Shown here piece by piece: positions 19,842-29,901 of a stretch of DNA of 57,498 nt. The DNA comes from a bacterium. Lineage in GTDB: Bacteria; Cyanobacteriota; Vampirovibrionia; Obscuribacterales; JAKAZS01. Every line of letters begins with the position of its first letter. The first letter of the stretch is position 1. The translations under genes and the position numbers were made by a program. Location of the stretch: NCBI GenBank assembly GCA_021815785.1, contig JAKAZS010000006.1, forward strand, positions 1 through 57,498, read 5' to 3'. The notes under the pieces are model-generated. The model saw nothing but the letters and a program-made list of their open reading frames with translations. It made no database searches and had not been told where the DNA came from.

Positions 19842-22800
19842 ATGACCCAAAATAACGCTAATAATATTGTCTTATTAAGTCATAGTGACACAGATTTAAT
19901 TACTTTGGCTAAAGTCATTGAATTACTGCCTAATAATTTCCCCGAAATTCAAGGCTTTAACTTACAGTCATTTCATGAAGATATAACCAAATTGGGTGCT
20001 ATATTAACAAAAGCTAATCTTATTATCGTTCGCTTGCTTGGCAACCTGGAGTCAATCAATAATTTTAAAATATTATTAGAAGATTTAAAAGATAAAGGTA
20101 AACACTTAATTGTTTTAAGTGGCTGCCTAGAATTTAACCCCGAATTTAATTATTTAAACCACAATGATTATTCTATAGTCGAATCGGTTAATAGTTATTT
20201 TCAAGCAGGTGGCTTCAATAATATGATTCAGTTATTTAAGTTTTTAAGTGATAAATTGTTTGGCTCTGAATATGGTTATCTTGAAGCAGAAAGTATTCCG
20301 ATGCACGGCTTTTATTATCCGCAATATAGTGGTAACGACTTTGATTTTGATGCCTTTAGAAAAATAAAAAGATATAAAGCCTCAGTCTTAATTGTTTTTT
20401 ATCGAGCTCATTATGTTAGTGGTAATGTTGATTTTATAAATCAACTGGTAGACAAGTTGAATAAGATTGGGTTAGATGCTTTGCCAGTATTTACTGCATC
20501 TTTAAGTGTTGTTGATAATGATTTTAAGATTCCGCTAGCACTTAAATTTTTAGGAGAAAATCCTGATAATAAAGTTGATATTATAATTAATACTACATCA
20601 TTTTCAGTTGCTAAATTGGGAGCTAATAGTCTTGATGCTCAGTCGGATAATTATCAAAGTCTATTTAATATACCTGTTTTGCAAGCTATTATAAGCTCTA
20701 TGGATATTAAAGAGTGGCAAAATTCAGCACGCGGGTTAAATCCTTTAGATACGGCTATGAATATTGTAATACCAGAATTTGATGGAAGAATCATAACTAA
20801 ACCGATTGCCTGTAAGGAAAAACAACAGCATATTAATTTGGAATTTTCGCTCCATAAAGCTATTGATGATAGAATTGATGCGGTTTGTAAACTGGCAAAA
20901 AAATATTGTAATTTAAAGCATAAAGATAATACTAATAAAAAAATTGCCTTTATCTTTACTAACTCAAGTGCTAAAGCCGCACAAATTGGTAATGCCGTTG
21001 GTCTTGACTCGGCTGCTTCATTAATAAATATTCTTAAAGCTATGGGAAAGACTAATTATAATGTAGGGCAATTTCCTCATACTGGTACTCAAATGTTGCA
21101 ACAATTGATTGAAGCCGGATCTTATGATACCGAAATATTAACTCAAGAACAATACAGTAAGGCTTTAGGTAGTGTCAGTTTAGATTTGTATCAGTCCTGG
21201 TTTAATGAATTACCCATAAAATTACAAAATGATATGATTGAACAATGGGGTTTGCCCCCTGGAATGGCTTATCATTACAAGGACAGCTTAATGGTAGCGG
21301 GACTTATTTTTGGTAATATGGCAATTTTATTACAGCCGCCAAGAGGTTACGGCATGGATCAAGATGCTATTTATCATAAACCCGATTTGCCACCAACGCA
21401 TCACTATTTGGCTGTTTATCGTTGGCTTAAAGAAATATTTCAGGCTGATGCTATAATTCACGTGGGCAAACATGGAACACTTGAATGGTTGCCGGGTAAA
21501 GGTGTTGGTTTGTCAAATAATTGTTTCCCTGATGCTGTTTTAGCTGATTTACCATTGTTCTACCCTTTTATAATTAACGATCCTGGCGAAGGCTGTCAGG
21601 CTAAACGACGCAGTCATGCAGCTATTGTTAATCATATGATGCCGGCTATGACTACGGCTGATACTTATGGTAGTATGGCAGAATTGGTTCAATTAATTGA
21701 TGAATACTATCAGTTGGAATTACTAGATCCATCTAAGTTACCAGCACTTCAACAACAAATTTATGATCTTATTCAACAAGCTAATTTAGAATATGATTTA
21801 GAAGTCTTATTAGCCGCTGAATTAAATGAATTAAATGAATTAAATGAATTAAATGAATTAAATGAATTAAATGAATTATATCAGGAGCCAGTAATAAGGA
21901 CTAATTTAGAGCCTAAATTAACTGATACTAATATTAAAAGTCAATTAGAAAAATTAAACAGTGTTAAATTTTCACATTTAATACAAGAAATTGATGGCTA
22001 TTTATGTGAATTGGGTCTAGCTCAAATACGTAGTGGCTTGCATACATTAGGTGTTGCTCCATGTGGCAATGACTTAGTCGATACCTTATATTCCTTAACC
22101 CGACTGCCAAATATTGATATTCCTAGTTTGCAAGCTATACTGGCTCAATATTTCAATTTTGACTTAAATGAATTACTAACCCAAAAAGGCAATAAAATTA
22201 CGAATCGAAGTAATCACGTGACTACCTTAGCTGGTAAAAATATCGTTACTTATAGTGATGCGCTTGAAGCAATTGATAAATTAGGTCATGATTTAATCTA
22301 TGAGTTAATGCTTAATAATTTTACGCTTAATAGCATTAATCTTTGTATTAATAAAATATTACCTACAGCTGATGACGAAAACAAATTGATTATTAGTGAA
22401 ATACACTCAATTTTTGAATACATTTGTCTTAATATTTATCCTAATATTTTAAATTGTAGTTTGGAAATTGATAATTTACTAAAAGGCTTAAATGGTCAAT
22501 TTATTCCACCTGGACCTAGTGGTGCTCCTACCCGAGGGATGGTTCATATTTTACCCACGGGACGAAATTTTTATTCAGTTGACCCAAACACATTGCCGTC
22601 CATGTCTAGTTGGCAAACAGGTCAATTCATGGCAGATAAAGTTATTCAACGTTATTACACTGATACTGGAGAATATCCTAAAACAATTAGTATTAGTATT
22701 TGGGGTACAAGCGTAATGCGCACCCATGGTGATGACATTGCTCAGGTCTTAGCTTTAATGGGCGTTCGGCCAGTATGGCAGAAAGAAAATCGGCGTTTGA

Positions 22801-23771
22801 CTAGTTTAGAAGTAATTCCTTTAGCTGAACTTAAACGCCCACGTATTGACGTGACTACTAGAATTAGTGGCTTTTTTCGAGATGCTTTTGGTAATTTAAT
22901 TTCTTTATTAGCTAACGCCGTAAATATTGTCATTGAACAGGATGAACCCTTAAACTTAAATTATATTAGAGCTAACTATCTTGAGGACTTAAGTAGTTAT
23001 ATTGCCATGGGTATGCCTGAAATTCAAGCTAAGGCTAAAGCAAAATATCGAATTTTTGGTTCTAAGCCAGGTAGTTATGGTGCGGGTATTTTACCATTGA
23101 TCCAAGAAAAAAACTGGCAAAATTGTGATGATTTTGCCAGAGTCTATATTAACTGGGGTGGGTATGCTTATAGTCATGAGGACTTTGGGCAAGAGGCTTT
23201 TGATGTTTATAGTTTAAGATTAAAAAATACCCAAATAGCTCTTCATAATCAAGATAATCGTGAACATGATATTTTTGATAGTGATGACTATTTTCAGTAT
23301 CATGGTGGTATGATTGCTACTATTAAAAGTTTAAGCGGAAAGACCCCGATGAGTTATTTTGGTGACAGTCAAAATCCTCAAAATGTAAAAGTTAATGATT
23401 TAAAACAAGAAGTTAATAAAGTTTTTCGTACTCGGGTTATTAATCCTAAGTGGCTTGATAGCATTCTCAGACATGGATATCGTGGTGGCGTTGAACTTAA
23501 TGCAACGGTTGATTATTTGTTTGGCTATGATGCTACCGCTAACGTTTTAGAAGACTGGATGTATGAAGCAGTTGCCCAAAACTATGTTCAAGCTAAAGAA
23601 ATTCAAGAATTCTTTCAGGCCAATAACCCGTGGGCTCTTATGGCTATATCGCAAAGACTACTTGAAGCAATTGCTCGAGGAATGTGGGTTAATCCTAGTC
23701 AAGAAACCGTCGAGGAGTTAAAACAAATTTATTTACACACAGAAGACCAATTAGAGGCTAATAATAAATGA
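19842..23771 (+). CDS. cobN: Cobaltochelatase subunit CobN
   Basis: PEFDGRI, HVGKHGTLEWLPGK, PGEGCQAKRR, GPSGAPTRG, LPTGRNFY, SDDYFQYHGG; ATG 19842 (alternative TTG 19818). Confidence 0.97.
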   Translation: MTQNNANNIVLLSHSDTDLITLAKVIELLPNNFPEIQGFNLQSFHEDITKLGAILTKANLIIVRLLGNLESINNFKILLEDLKDKGKHLIVLSGCLEFNPEFNYLNHNDYSIVESVNSYFQAGGFNNMIQLFKFLSDKLFGSEYGYLEAESIPMHGFYYPQYSGNDFDFDAFRKIKRYKASVLIVFYRAHYVSGNVDFINQLVDKLNKIGLDALPVFTASLSVVDNDFKIPLALKFLGENPDNKVDIIINTTSFSVAKLGANSLDAQSDNYQSLFNIPVLQAIISSMDIKEWQNSARGLNPLDTAMNIVIPEFDGRIITKPIACKEKQQHINLEFSLHKAIDDRIDAVCKLAKKYCNLKHKDNTNKKIAFIFTNSSAKAAQIGNAVGLDSAASLINILKAMGKTNYNVGQFPHTGTQMLQQLIEAGSYDTEILTQEQYSKALGSVSLDLYQSWFNELPIKLQNDMIEQWGLPPGMAYHYKDSLMVAGLIFGNMAILLQPPRGYGMDQDAIYHKPDLPPTHHYLAVYRWLKEIFQADAIIHVGKHGTLEWLPGKGVGLSNNCFPDAVLADLPLFYPFIINDPGEGCQAKRRSHAAIVNHMMPAMTTADTYGSMAELVQLIDEYYQLELLDPSKLPALQQQIYDLIQQANLEYDLEVLLAAELNELNELNELNELNELNELYQEPVIRTNLEPKLTDTNIKSQLEKLNSVKFSHLIQEIDGYLCELGLAQIRSGLHTLGVAPCGNDLVDTLYSLTRLPNIDIPSLQAILAQYFNFDLNELLTQKGNKITNRSNHVTTLAGKNIVTYSDALEAIDKLGHDLIYELMLNNFTLNSINLCINKILPTADDENKLIISEIHSIFEYICLNIYPNILNCSLEIDNLLKGLNGQFIPPGPSGAPTRGMVHILPTGRNFYSVDPNTLPSMSSWQTGQFMADKVIQRYYTDTGEYPKTISISIWGTSVMRTHGDDIAQVLALMGVRPVWQKENRRLTSLEVIPLAELKRPRIDVTTRISGFFRDAFGNLISLLANAVNIVIEQDEPLNLNYIRANYLEDLSSYIAMGMPEIQAKAKAKYRIFGSKPGSYGAGILPLIQEKNWQNCDDFARVYINWGGYAYSHEDFGQEAFDVYSLRLKNTQIALHNQDNREHDIFDSDDYFQYHGGMIATIKSLSGKTPMSYFGDSQNPQNVKVNDLKQEVNKVFRTRVINPKWLDSILRHGYRGGVELNATVDYLFGYDATANVLEDWMYEAVAQNYVQAKEIQEFFQANNPWALMAISQRLLEAIARGMWVNPSQETVEELKQIYLHTEDQLEANNK
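21819..21878 (+). repeat. In-frame 9-bp tandem repeat (GAATTAAAT) x6 plus partial inside cobN, encoding (ELN)n
   Basis: Perfect copies start at 21819, 21828, 21837, 21846, 21855, 21864, then GAATTA. Confidence 0.95.
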
Positions 23772-25714
23772 ATAAAATATACCCATTTTCAGCAATTGTC
23801 GGTCAGGATCAGTTAAAACAAGCGTTATTGCTTTGTGCTATTAATCCGGCTATTGGTGGCGTATTAATTATAGGTGATAAAGGTACGGCCAAAAGTACGG
23901 CTGCTAGAGCTTTAGCTAATTTATTACCGTTAATTAAGGCTAATCCTAACTGTGCCTACAATTGTGAACCTGATAATTTTGCTGCTGAATGTCATATTTG
24001 TCATGATAATCTTGATTTTAACCTCATTTCTAGTCCTTTTATTAATTTGCCTATTGGCGCTACTGAAGATAAAATAATTGGTACAATTGACCTTGAAAGA
24101 ACAATTAAAGAAGGAAAACGCGTTTTTCAACCTGGTTTACTAGCCAATGCCAATCGCGGAGTTTTGTATGTTGATGAGGTTAATTTACTGCCAGATAATT
24201 TAGTTGATATCCTTTTAGATGTAGCTGCTATGGGTGTTAATCTTGTGGCTAGAGATGGTATTATAATAAAACATCAATCTAAATTTACACTGATTGGTAC
24301 CATGAATCCTGAAGAAGGTAATTTAAGACCGCAGTTATTAGATAGATTTGGTCTTATGGTTGAAGTTCAGGCTTCAATTGACCCTGAAATTAGAACTGAA
24401 ATAATTAAACGTAGATTAAAATACGAAAGCTGTCCTGATAATTTCTTTGATATTTGGCACGTTACCGAGCTAGAATTAAAAGAACAGATTCTAAGAGCTA
24501 TAAATATTTTGCCCAATGTACAGTTATCCGATAATTTACTGTCATTTATTAGTCTGATTTGCTGTAAATTAGGCATTAAAAGTTTAAGGGCTGATATTAC
24601 TATTTCTAAGGCTAGTAAAACTTTGGCTGCTTTAGATAATCGATTAAAGGTAAATATTGATGATATTCATATAGCAAGTAAGCTTGTGCTTCCACATCGA
24701 AAACGCATTGGTCTCAATGATTCACAGGGCCTAGATAATGAATTGTTAAATGATTTAATTAATGAAGCTAAAGGGCAATCATCAACTAACAAGATTGAAT
24801 CAACAAAATCGCAATTGGATAATTCGCCTGTTAACACCGAAAATTTATCCGATAATAAATCAAATATATCTATTCGAGCAAGTGATAATGATCAAAGTAC
24901 TCATATACCATCAATTGTAAATACTGATTTGAGATTTAATTTAAACAGTAAAAATAATTTAGCTTTAAGCGGGAGTACTAGTAAAGTTAATAATCATAGG
25001 CGCGGTCATTTTATCAAAGCTATTCCAGATGAAAACCCTATTAAATTAGCTGTTAATGAGACCATTAATCATAGTTTATTAAGACATGGAAATAAACTTG
25101 AGGTCGAAAAGCAGGACTTTCACCGTCAGGAATTAATGAATAAACAGGCCAATTTAATTATATTTATTGTTGATGCATCAGGTTCAATGTCGGCTTTAAA
25201 GCGAATGGAAGTAGTAAAAGGGGCCGTACTATCACTTTTAACTGACGCCTATCAAAGAAGAGATAAAGTTGCTGTGGTAAGTTTTAAGGGTAATGATGCT
25301 AAACTAATTTTACGTCCAACCAAGTCAATAGATTTAGCAAAAAACCAGTTGACTGTTTTAGAAACTGGTGGGACTACACCTTTGGCCGCAGCGATTAATT
25401 TTGGCGTTAAACAAGCCATTTATTCTTTAAAGGAAAATTTAGATCCACTTATTATTTTTCTGACTGATGGCAAAGCCAATGTTAATTTTAATCCTAATAT
25501 TTCCCTTGAAGCTGATCTGGCTCAAGAAGCTTTAAAATTTAGTTCTTTAAATTTAAGATCCATAGTTATTGATACTGAAGATGGACCCGTTTGTTTTAAT
25601 AAAAGTGTTAGCTTGGCGAAGTTATTAAAGTCACAATATCTTAAATTAGATAAACTTACCAGTGAAAGTTTAACTTTGGCTATTAATAATTATTGTTTGC
25701 AAAGTGATTTTTGA
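23768..25714 (+). CDS. ChlI/ChlD-like chelatase ATPase (AAA+ plus vWA), putative CobN partner
   Basis: YPFSAIVGQ, Walker A GDKGTAKS, YVDEVNLL, LLDRFGL, vWA MIDAS DASGS; overlaps cobN stop. Confidence 0.93.
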   Translation: MNKIYPFSAIVGQDQLKQALLLCAINPAIGGVLIIGDKGTAKSTAARALANLLPLIKANPNCAYNCEPDNFAAECHICHDNLDFNLISSPFINLPIGATEDKIIGTIDLERTIKEGKRVFQPGLLANANRGVLYVDEVNLLPDNLVDILLDVAAMGVNLVARDGIIIKHQSKFTLIGTMNPEEGNLRPQLLDRFGLMVEVQASIDPEIRTEIIKRRLKYESCPDNFFDIWHVTELELKEQILRAINILPNVQLSDNLLSFISLICCKLGIKSLRADITISKASKTLAALDNRLKVNIDDIHIASKLVLPHRKRIGLNDSQGLDNELLNDLINEAKGQSSTNKIESTKSQLDNSPVNTENLSDNKSNISIRASDNDQSTHIPSIVNTDLRFNLNSKNNLALSGSTSKVNNHRRGHFIKAIPDENPIKLAVNETINHSLLRHGNKLEVEKQDFHRQELMNKQANLIIFIVDASGSMSALKRMEVVKGAVLSLLTDAYQRRDKVAVVSFKGNDAKLILRPTKSIDLAKNQLTVLETGGTTPLAAAINFGVKQAIYSLKENLDPLIIFLTDGKANVNFNPNISLEADLAQEALKFSSLNLRSIVIDTEDGPVCFNKSVSLAKLLKSQYLKLDKLTSESLTLAINNYCLQSDF

Positions 25715-25728
25715 GTGTTGGTATTAAA

Positions 25729-26562
25729 ATGGATAATTTCCCGCAAAATTTACAAGAACATGATTCTAGCTCTAACCAAGGAATTGTTTATTTAATTGGT
25801 GCTGGACCTGGTGACGTAGAACTTTTGACATTGCAAGCGGTAAGAATTTTGAAACTTGTAGATTTAATTTTAATTGATAGTTTGGTTAATCCAGAAGTTC
25901 TGCAATTTGCTAGACCCGATGCTCAAATAATCAATGTTGGTAAAGGCTGTGGTAAAAAATCAACACCTCAACCTGTTATTAATGATCTAATGGTAAATAA
26001 TGCTAGGCTGGGAAAAAAAATTGCCCGCTTAAAAGGCGGTGATCCCTTTATTTTTGGTCGAGGTGGTGAAGAACTTGAATATTTGCATAATAATGCTATT
26101 AAGACGCAGATTATTAGCGGGATTACATCAGGCAGTAATGTTCCGGCTTGTTTGGGTATACCGTTAACGCATCGTGATTATGCTCAATCGGTTATTTTCA
26201 TTACTGGCAGCTCCAAGAATCATACTGTTAATGTGGTTTGGAAAGATATCGCCAAACCTGACAACACTATTGTTATATTTATGGGTTTATTTAAAATTAA
26301 AGAAATTGTAACCAGTATAATTGAAGCCGGAATGCCTGCTTTAATTCCAGCTGCGGCTATTGAAAATGGTAGCCGGAAATATCAAAGGCAGATATTGGAC
26401 TGTCTTAAGGATTTACCTGAATTAGTTAATAAAGCTCAATTTATAAGCCCAACTTTAATTGTTATCGGTAAGGTTGTTACTTTATCGCCATTGTGGAAGA
26501 CTGAAAATTCATCATCTACCTCTTCTCCTTTAATTAATTCTCAAAGTGTGGTACAGTTATGA
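25729..26562 (+). CDS. cobA: Uroporphyrinogen-III C-methyltransferase
   Basis: VYLIGAGPGD, RLKGGDPFIFGRGGEE, PLTHR; ATG 25729 preferred over TTG 25711. Confidence 0.95.
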   Translation: MDNFPQNLQEHDSSSNQGIVYLIGAGPGDVELLTLQAVRILKLVDLILIDSLVNPEVLQFARPDAQIINVGKGCGKKSTPQPVINDLMVNNARLGKKIARLKGGDPFIFGRGGEELEYLHNNAIKTQIISGITSGSNVPACLGIPLTHRDYAQSVIFITGSSKNHTVNVVWKDIAKPDNTIVIFMGLFKIKEIVTSIIEAGMPALIPAAAIENGSRKYQRQILDCLKDLPELVNKAQFISPTLIVIGKVVTLSPLWKTENSSSTSSPLINSQSVVQL

Positions 26563-27230
26563 TTTATTGTGTTGGTGTTGGTCCTGGTGATAAAAAACAT
26601 ATAACTAATTATGCAGTTGAATTAATTAGCAATGCTGATGTAGTTGTTGGGTTTGAGTACGTCTTAAAAATAATTGAAACTTATCTTAAATCCAACACTA
26701 AAACCTATGTTTTAACTTATAAAATTCAGGTTAGTAAACTTGAAGAAATTGCCAGGCTCCATCACCAGGGTCTAACAGTGATTGTTGTTTTTATGGGCGA
26801 TATTCATTTTAGTGGCTTTCAATTGCTCGAACGAGTTGAATTAGCATGTGGACATAATGTTGAAACGGTTCCGGGAATTTCTTCAAGCCAAATCTTAGCA
26901 TCTAGAGCCAGAGTTTGTTTTGACGAAACTAGTTTTATCACCTTTCATCGACGTGGCAATATTGAACCTTTTAAAAAGCATTTAATTAGTATTTTGAATG
27001 ATAATCGCAATGCTATAATTATACCTAGACCATTTGATTTCATGCCTAAAGATATTGCGTGTTTTTTGTTGGATAATGGTATTGATACCACTCATCAAGT
27101 CGAGGTGTGGGAAAATTTAACCCAAGCTGAAAGCTGTTGGACTGGTTTTCTTAAGGATTTAAATCAAGATTTTAGTGATATAAGTATTATGTTAATTCGT
27201 TGTTTAGTACCAATTGTCAGTCAACTATAA
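26559..27230 (+). CDS. cbiE: Cobalt-precorrin-7 C5-methyltransferase (CbiE-like)
   Basis: Tetrapyrrole methylase motifs VGVGPGD, PGISSSQ, WENLT; no CbiT domain. Confidence 0.75.
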   Translation: MIYCVGVGPGDKKHITNYAVELISNADVVVGFEYVLKIIETYLKSNTKTYVLTYKIQVSKLEEIARLHHQGLTVIVVFMGDIHFSGFQLLERVELACGHNVETVPGISSSQILASRARVCFDETSFITFHRRGNIEPFKKHLISILNDNRNAIIIPRPFDFMPKDIACFLLDNGIDTTHQVEVWENLTQAESCWTGFLKDLNQDFSDISIMLIRCLVPIVSQL

Positions 27231-27234
27231 AATA

Positions 27235-28767
27235 ATGCAACAAGATTTAACTACTATAATTATAATGGGTCATGGGACTAAAGATATTGCAGGTATTAAG
27301 CAATTTGAGAATTTGGTAGACATTATAACACAGTTGTTGCCTGATAAAATAATTAAAAAGGCTTATCTAGAATTTCAATCACCCACTTTGAAAGAAGCGG
27401 TTTTAGAAAGCCTGAAAAATGGTAGTCGAAATATTATAGTGCAGCCTGCGCTGCTTATTAATGCCATGCATTCAAAAATTGATATTCCCAAGGAAATAAT
27501 ATTTTTGCGCCAAAAATATCCTAATGTCAATATTAGTTATGGAACTGCCTTAGGAATTCATTATGTAATTCTAAAGCTGTGTCGACAATTACTAATTGAG
27601 GCTATGGCCAGTTCAAACCATCAGATAAAGGCAAGTCAAACTTGTTTAGTCTTAGTTGGTCGAGGAACAACTGATCCCGATTCTAATTCTGAAATTTATA
27701 AATTGGCTCGATTGTTAGAAGAAGGTATGCATTTTCAAAGTTCGATTATTTGTTATTCCGGAACGGCTAAACCTTCTGTATTAGAGGGTCTTAAGCGCGC
27801 GATTAAACAAAACAATAAATATATTATCGTTTTTCCTTTTATGTTATTTGATGGTGTACTAGTTAAAAGAATTTATGATGCTTGTGATTTTATAGCTATG
27901 GCAAATCCTGATGTGCAATTGATTAAAGCGGCCTATTTGAATGCTAGTATTGAGCTGGCTTCAATTTTGATAGAAAGAGCTAATGAGGCAATTAATGGTA
28001 CAGCATTAATGAATTGTAGCTTATGTAAATATAATGTGCCATTAATTGGCTTTGAAAGTCAAAGTAATTCCAAGCAATCTAAACTTGTTATAAATGATTT
28101 TGAACCTTATGTAATGAATGATATAGAACGTAAAAGTTTTGAAATTATTAGTACTTCCTTTGATTGGTCGAAAGTTAATAAAGAAAATCTAGCTGTTGCG
28201 CAAAGATTAGTACATACTAGTGGTGATTATAATAATATTCAAGATTTATTCATTTCTGATGGTGCCGTAGAAATTGGTATTAGAAATTTATTGCGTTGCA
28301 AACAGATTGTAACCGATGTAACGATGGTTCAAAGTGGTATAAAAAAAGATTTACTAGCTAAATTAAAAATCAATGTATGGTGCGGTGTACATGATGAAGA
28401 AAGCTATATCATGTCTAAAGCTTTTAATATTACTCGGTCAGCAGCTGCTATGCGTAGGGCTTTTGATTTGTTTGGCAATAACATTATTTTAGCTATTGGG
28501 GATGCACCAACAGCTTTGTTTGAATGTTTAAGATTAATTAAGAATAATCACTGGCGTCCACAATTAATCATTGCTTTACCAGTCGGTTTTGTTGGCACTG
28601 TTGAATCTAAAAGTGAGTTGATAAATTGTCTGCAAATTCCCCGCATTACCAATTCTGGTCATAAAGGTGGATCGCCTTGGGCTGCTAGTGTTATAAATGT
28701 ATTGTTAATAGAAGGTATTAACTATGTCGCCCAAAGTAAAATTTTAAGTACTGAGGTTGTTAAATAA
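27235..28767 (+). CDS. cbiX: Fused sirohydrochlorin cobaltochelatase CbiX / precorrin-8X methylmutase CbiC (CobH)
   Basis: GHGTKD, AYLEF, HSKIDIP, GRGTTDPDSN, MNCSLCKY; then IERKSFEII, RLVHTSGD, IGDAPTAL, PVGFVG, KGGS; ATG 27235 (alternative TTG 27214). Confidence 0.9.
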   Translation: MQQDLTTIIIMGHGTKDIAGIKQFENLVDIITQLLPDKIIKKAYLEFQSPTLKEAVLESLKNGSRNIIVQPALLINAMHSKIDIPKEIIFLRQKYPNVNISYGTALGIHYVILKLCRQLLIEAMASSNHQIKASQTCLVLVGRGTTDPDSNSEIYKLARLLEEGMHFQSSIICYSGTAKPSVLEGLKRAIKQNNKYIIVFPFMLFDGVLVKRIYDACDFIAMANPDVQLIKAAYLNASIELASILIERANEAINGTALMNCSLCKYNVPLIGFESQSNSKQSKLVINDFEPYVMNDIERKSFEIISTSFDWSKVNKENLAVAQRLVHTSGDYNNIQDLFISDGAVEIGIRNLLRCKQIVTDVTMVQSGIKKDLLAKLKINVWCGVHDEESYIMSKAFNITRSAAAMRRAFDLFGNNIILAIGDAPTALFECLRLIKNNHWRPQLIIALPVGFVGTVESKSELINCLQIPRITNSGHKGGSPWAASVINVLLIEGINYVAQSKILSTEVVK

Positions 28768-28770
28768 TCG

Positions 28771-29901
28771 ATGAAACAATTTGACTTGAGTGAATTAGCC
28801 TTAAATGGATTAAGACGTGGGTTTACCACGGGTAGTTGTGCTACGGCTGCTGTCAAAGCTGCTGTGATTTATTATTACCATAATATTGCATTAAGTACTG
28901 TAGACATAACTTTGCCGGATTACGTACATTTTTTAACTATAGGTATTGACAAGGTGTTGAAACTGTCAGAAGATAATACTATTGAAGCTCAGGTTGTAAA
29001 ATATGCTGGTGATGATCCAGATCAAACTGATGGGGCCAGTATTTCGGCTATTATTAAGCCTAATAATAGTGGTTTCAATAAGTTTTTTGCCGGATCCGGC
29101 GTAGGGACAGTAACAGCACCTGGGATTAATTTACCAATCGGTGAGCCAGCTATTAATCCGATTCCCCGTTTAATGATTAATAATGCCATAAATGAAGTCT
29201 TGGAAGGAGCTATTAATCCTGGTTTTGACCTTACTATTGGCTGTGTAAATGGAGAAACTATTGCCCGAAAAACCTTTAATCTGAAATTAGGAATTGTAGG
29301 TGGTATTTCTATTTTAGGCACTACTGGTATTGTTGAGCCAATGTCACTTGAAGCTTATAAAGCCTCTATTGAGGTTTATTTAAAAGTTGCTTTGGCTAGT
29401 GCATTAGATAGTTGTAGCAATAATACTGTGGCTATTTTACCCGGAAATATTGGTATTAATTATGCTAAGAATATTTTAAAATTGAATCCTAAGCAAATTG
29501 TCCACATCTCAAATTTTATCGGTTTTTCACTAGATAGTATTGAAAGAAATTTAAATAATACTACTTTAGAAAATCTTTATTTATTAGGTCATCCAGGCAA
29601 AATTGCTAAGATTCTTAATAATAATTTTGATACTCATTCGGCTAAAAGCCCTATGGCTATGTCTAACCTGTCGCAAATGGCCAGTAGTGTTTTTAGTGAC
29701 TTAAATATAAGCCAACAAATTAAAGCTTGTCCAACTGTTGAAGCTGTTTGTACTTTGTTAAAAGATTATCCTAAGGCTAGTCTTTTTTGGCAATATATAG
29801 AAAATCAAATTGTTAAAAAACTACAAATTAAACGAGTAAATAATTTTAAAGTTAAGTTGTTTGATTTAAAGGGAAATATTTTAGGAGACCAAAATGAATA
29901 A
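28771..29901 (+). CDS. cbiD: Cobalt-precorrin-5B C1-methyltransferase
   Basis: GFTTGSCATAA, AGDDPD, AINPIPR, GGISILGTTGIVEPMS. Confidence 0.96.
   Translation: MKQFDLSELALNGLRRGFTTGSCATAAVKAAVIYYYHNIALSTVDITLPDYVHFLTIGIDKVLKLSEDNTIEAQVVKYAGDDPDQTDGASISAIIKPNNSGFNKFFAGSGVGTVTAPGINLPIGEPAINPIPRLMINNAINEVLEGAINPGFDLTIGCVNGETIARKTFNLKLGIVGGISILGTTGIVEPMSLEAYKASIEVYLKVALASALDSCSNNTVAILPGNIGINYAKNILKLNPKQIVHISNFIGFSLDSIERNLNNTTLENLYLLGHPGKIAKILNNNFDTHSAKSPMAMSNLSQMASSVFSDLNISQQIKACPTVEAVCTLLKDYPKASLFWQYIENQIVKKLQIKRVNNFKVKLFDLKGNILGDQNE

Noticed and set aside
21819-21878. CRISPR-like array
   Set aside because: Spacerless 9-bp in-frame tandem repeat inside a CDS; no cas genes or repeat-spacer arrays seen in the window.
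23768-25714. Mg-chelatase gene as evidence of chlorophyll synthesis
   Set aside because: It overlaps cobN within the cob operon and no chlH or other photosynthesis genes are present; a cobalt chelatase role is more likely.
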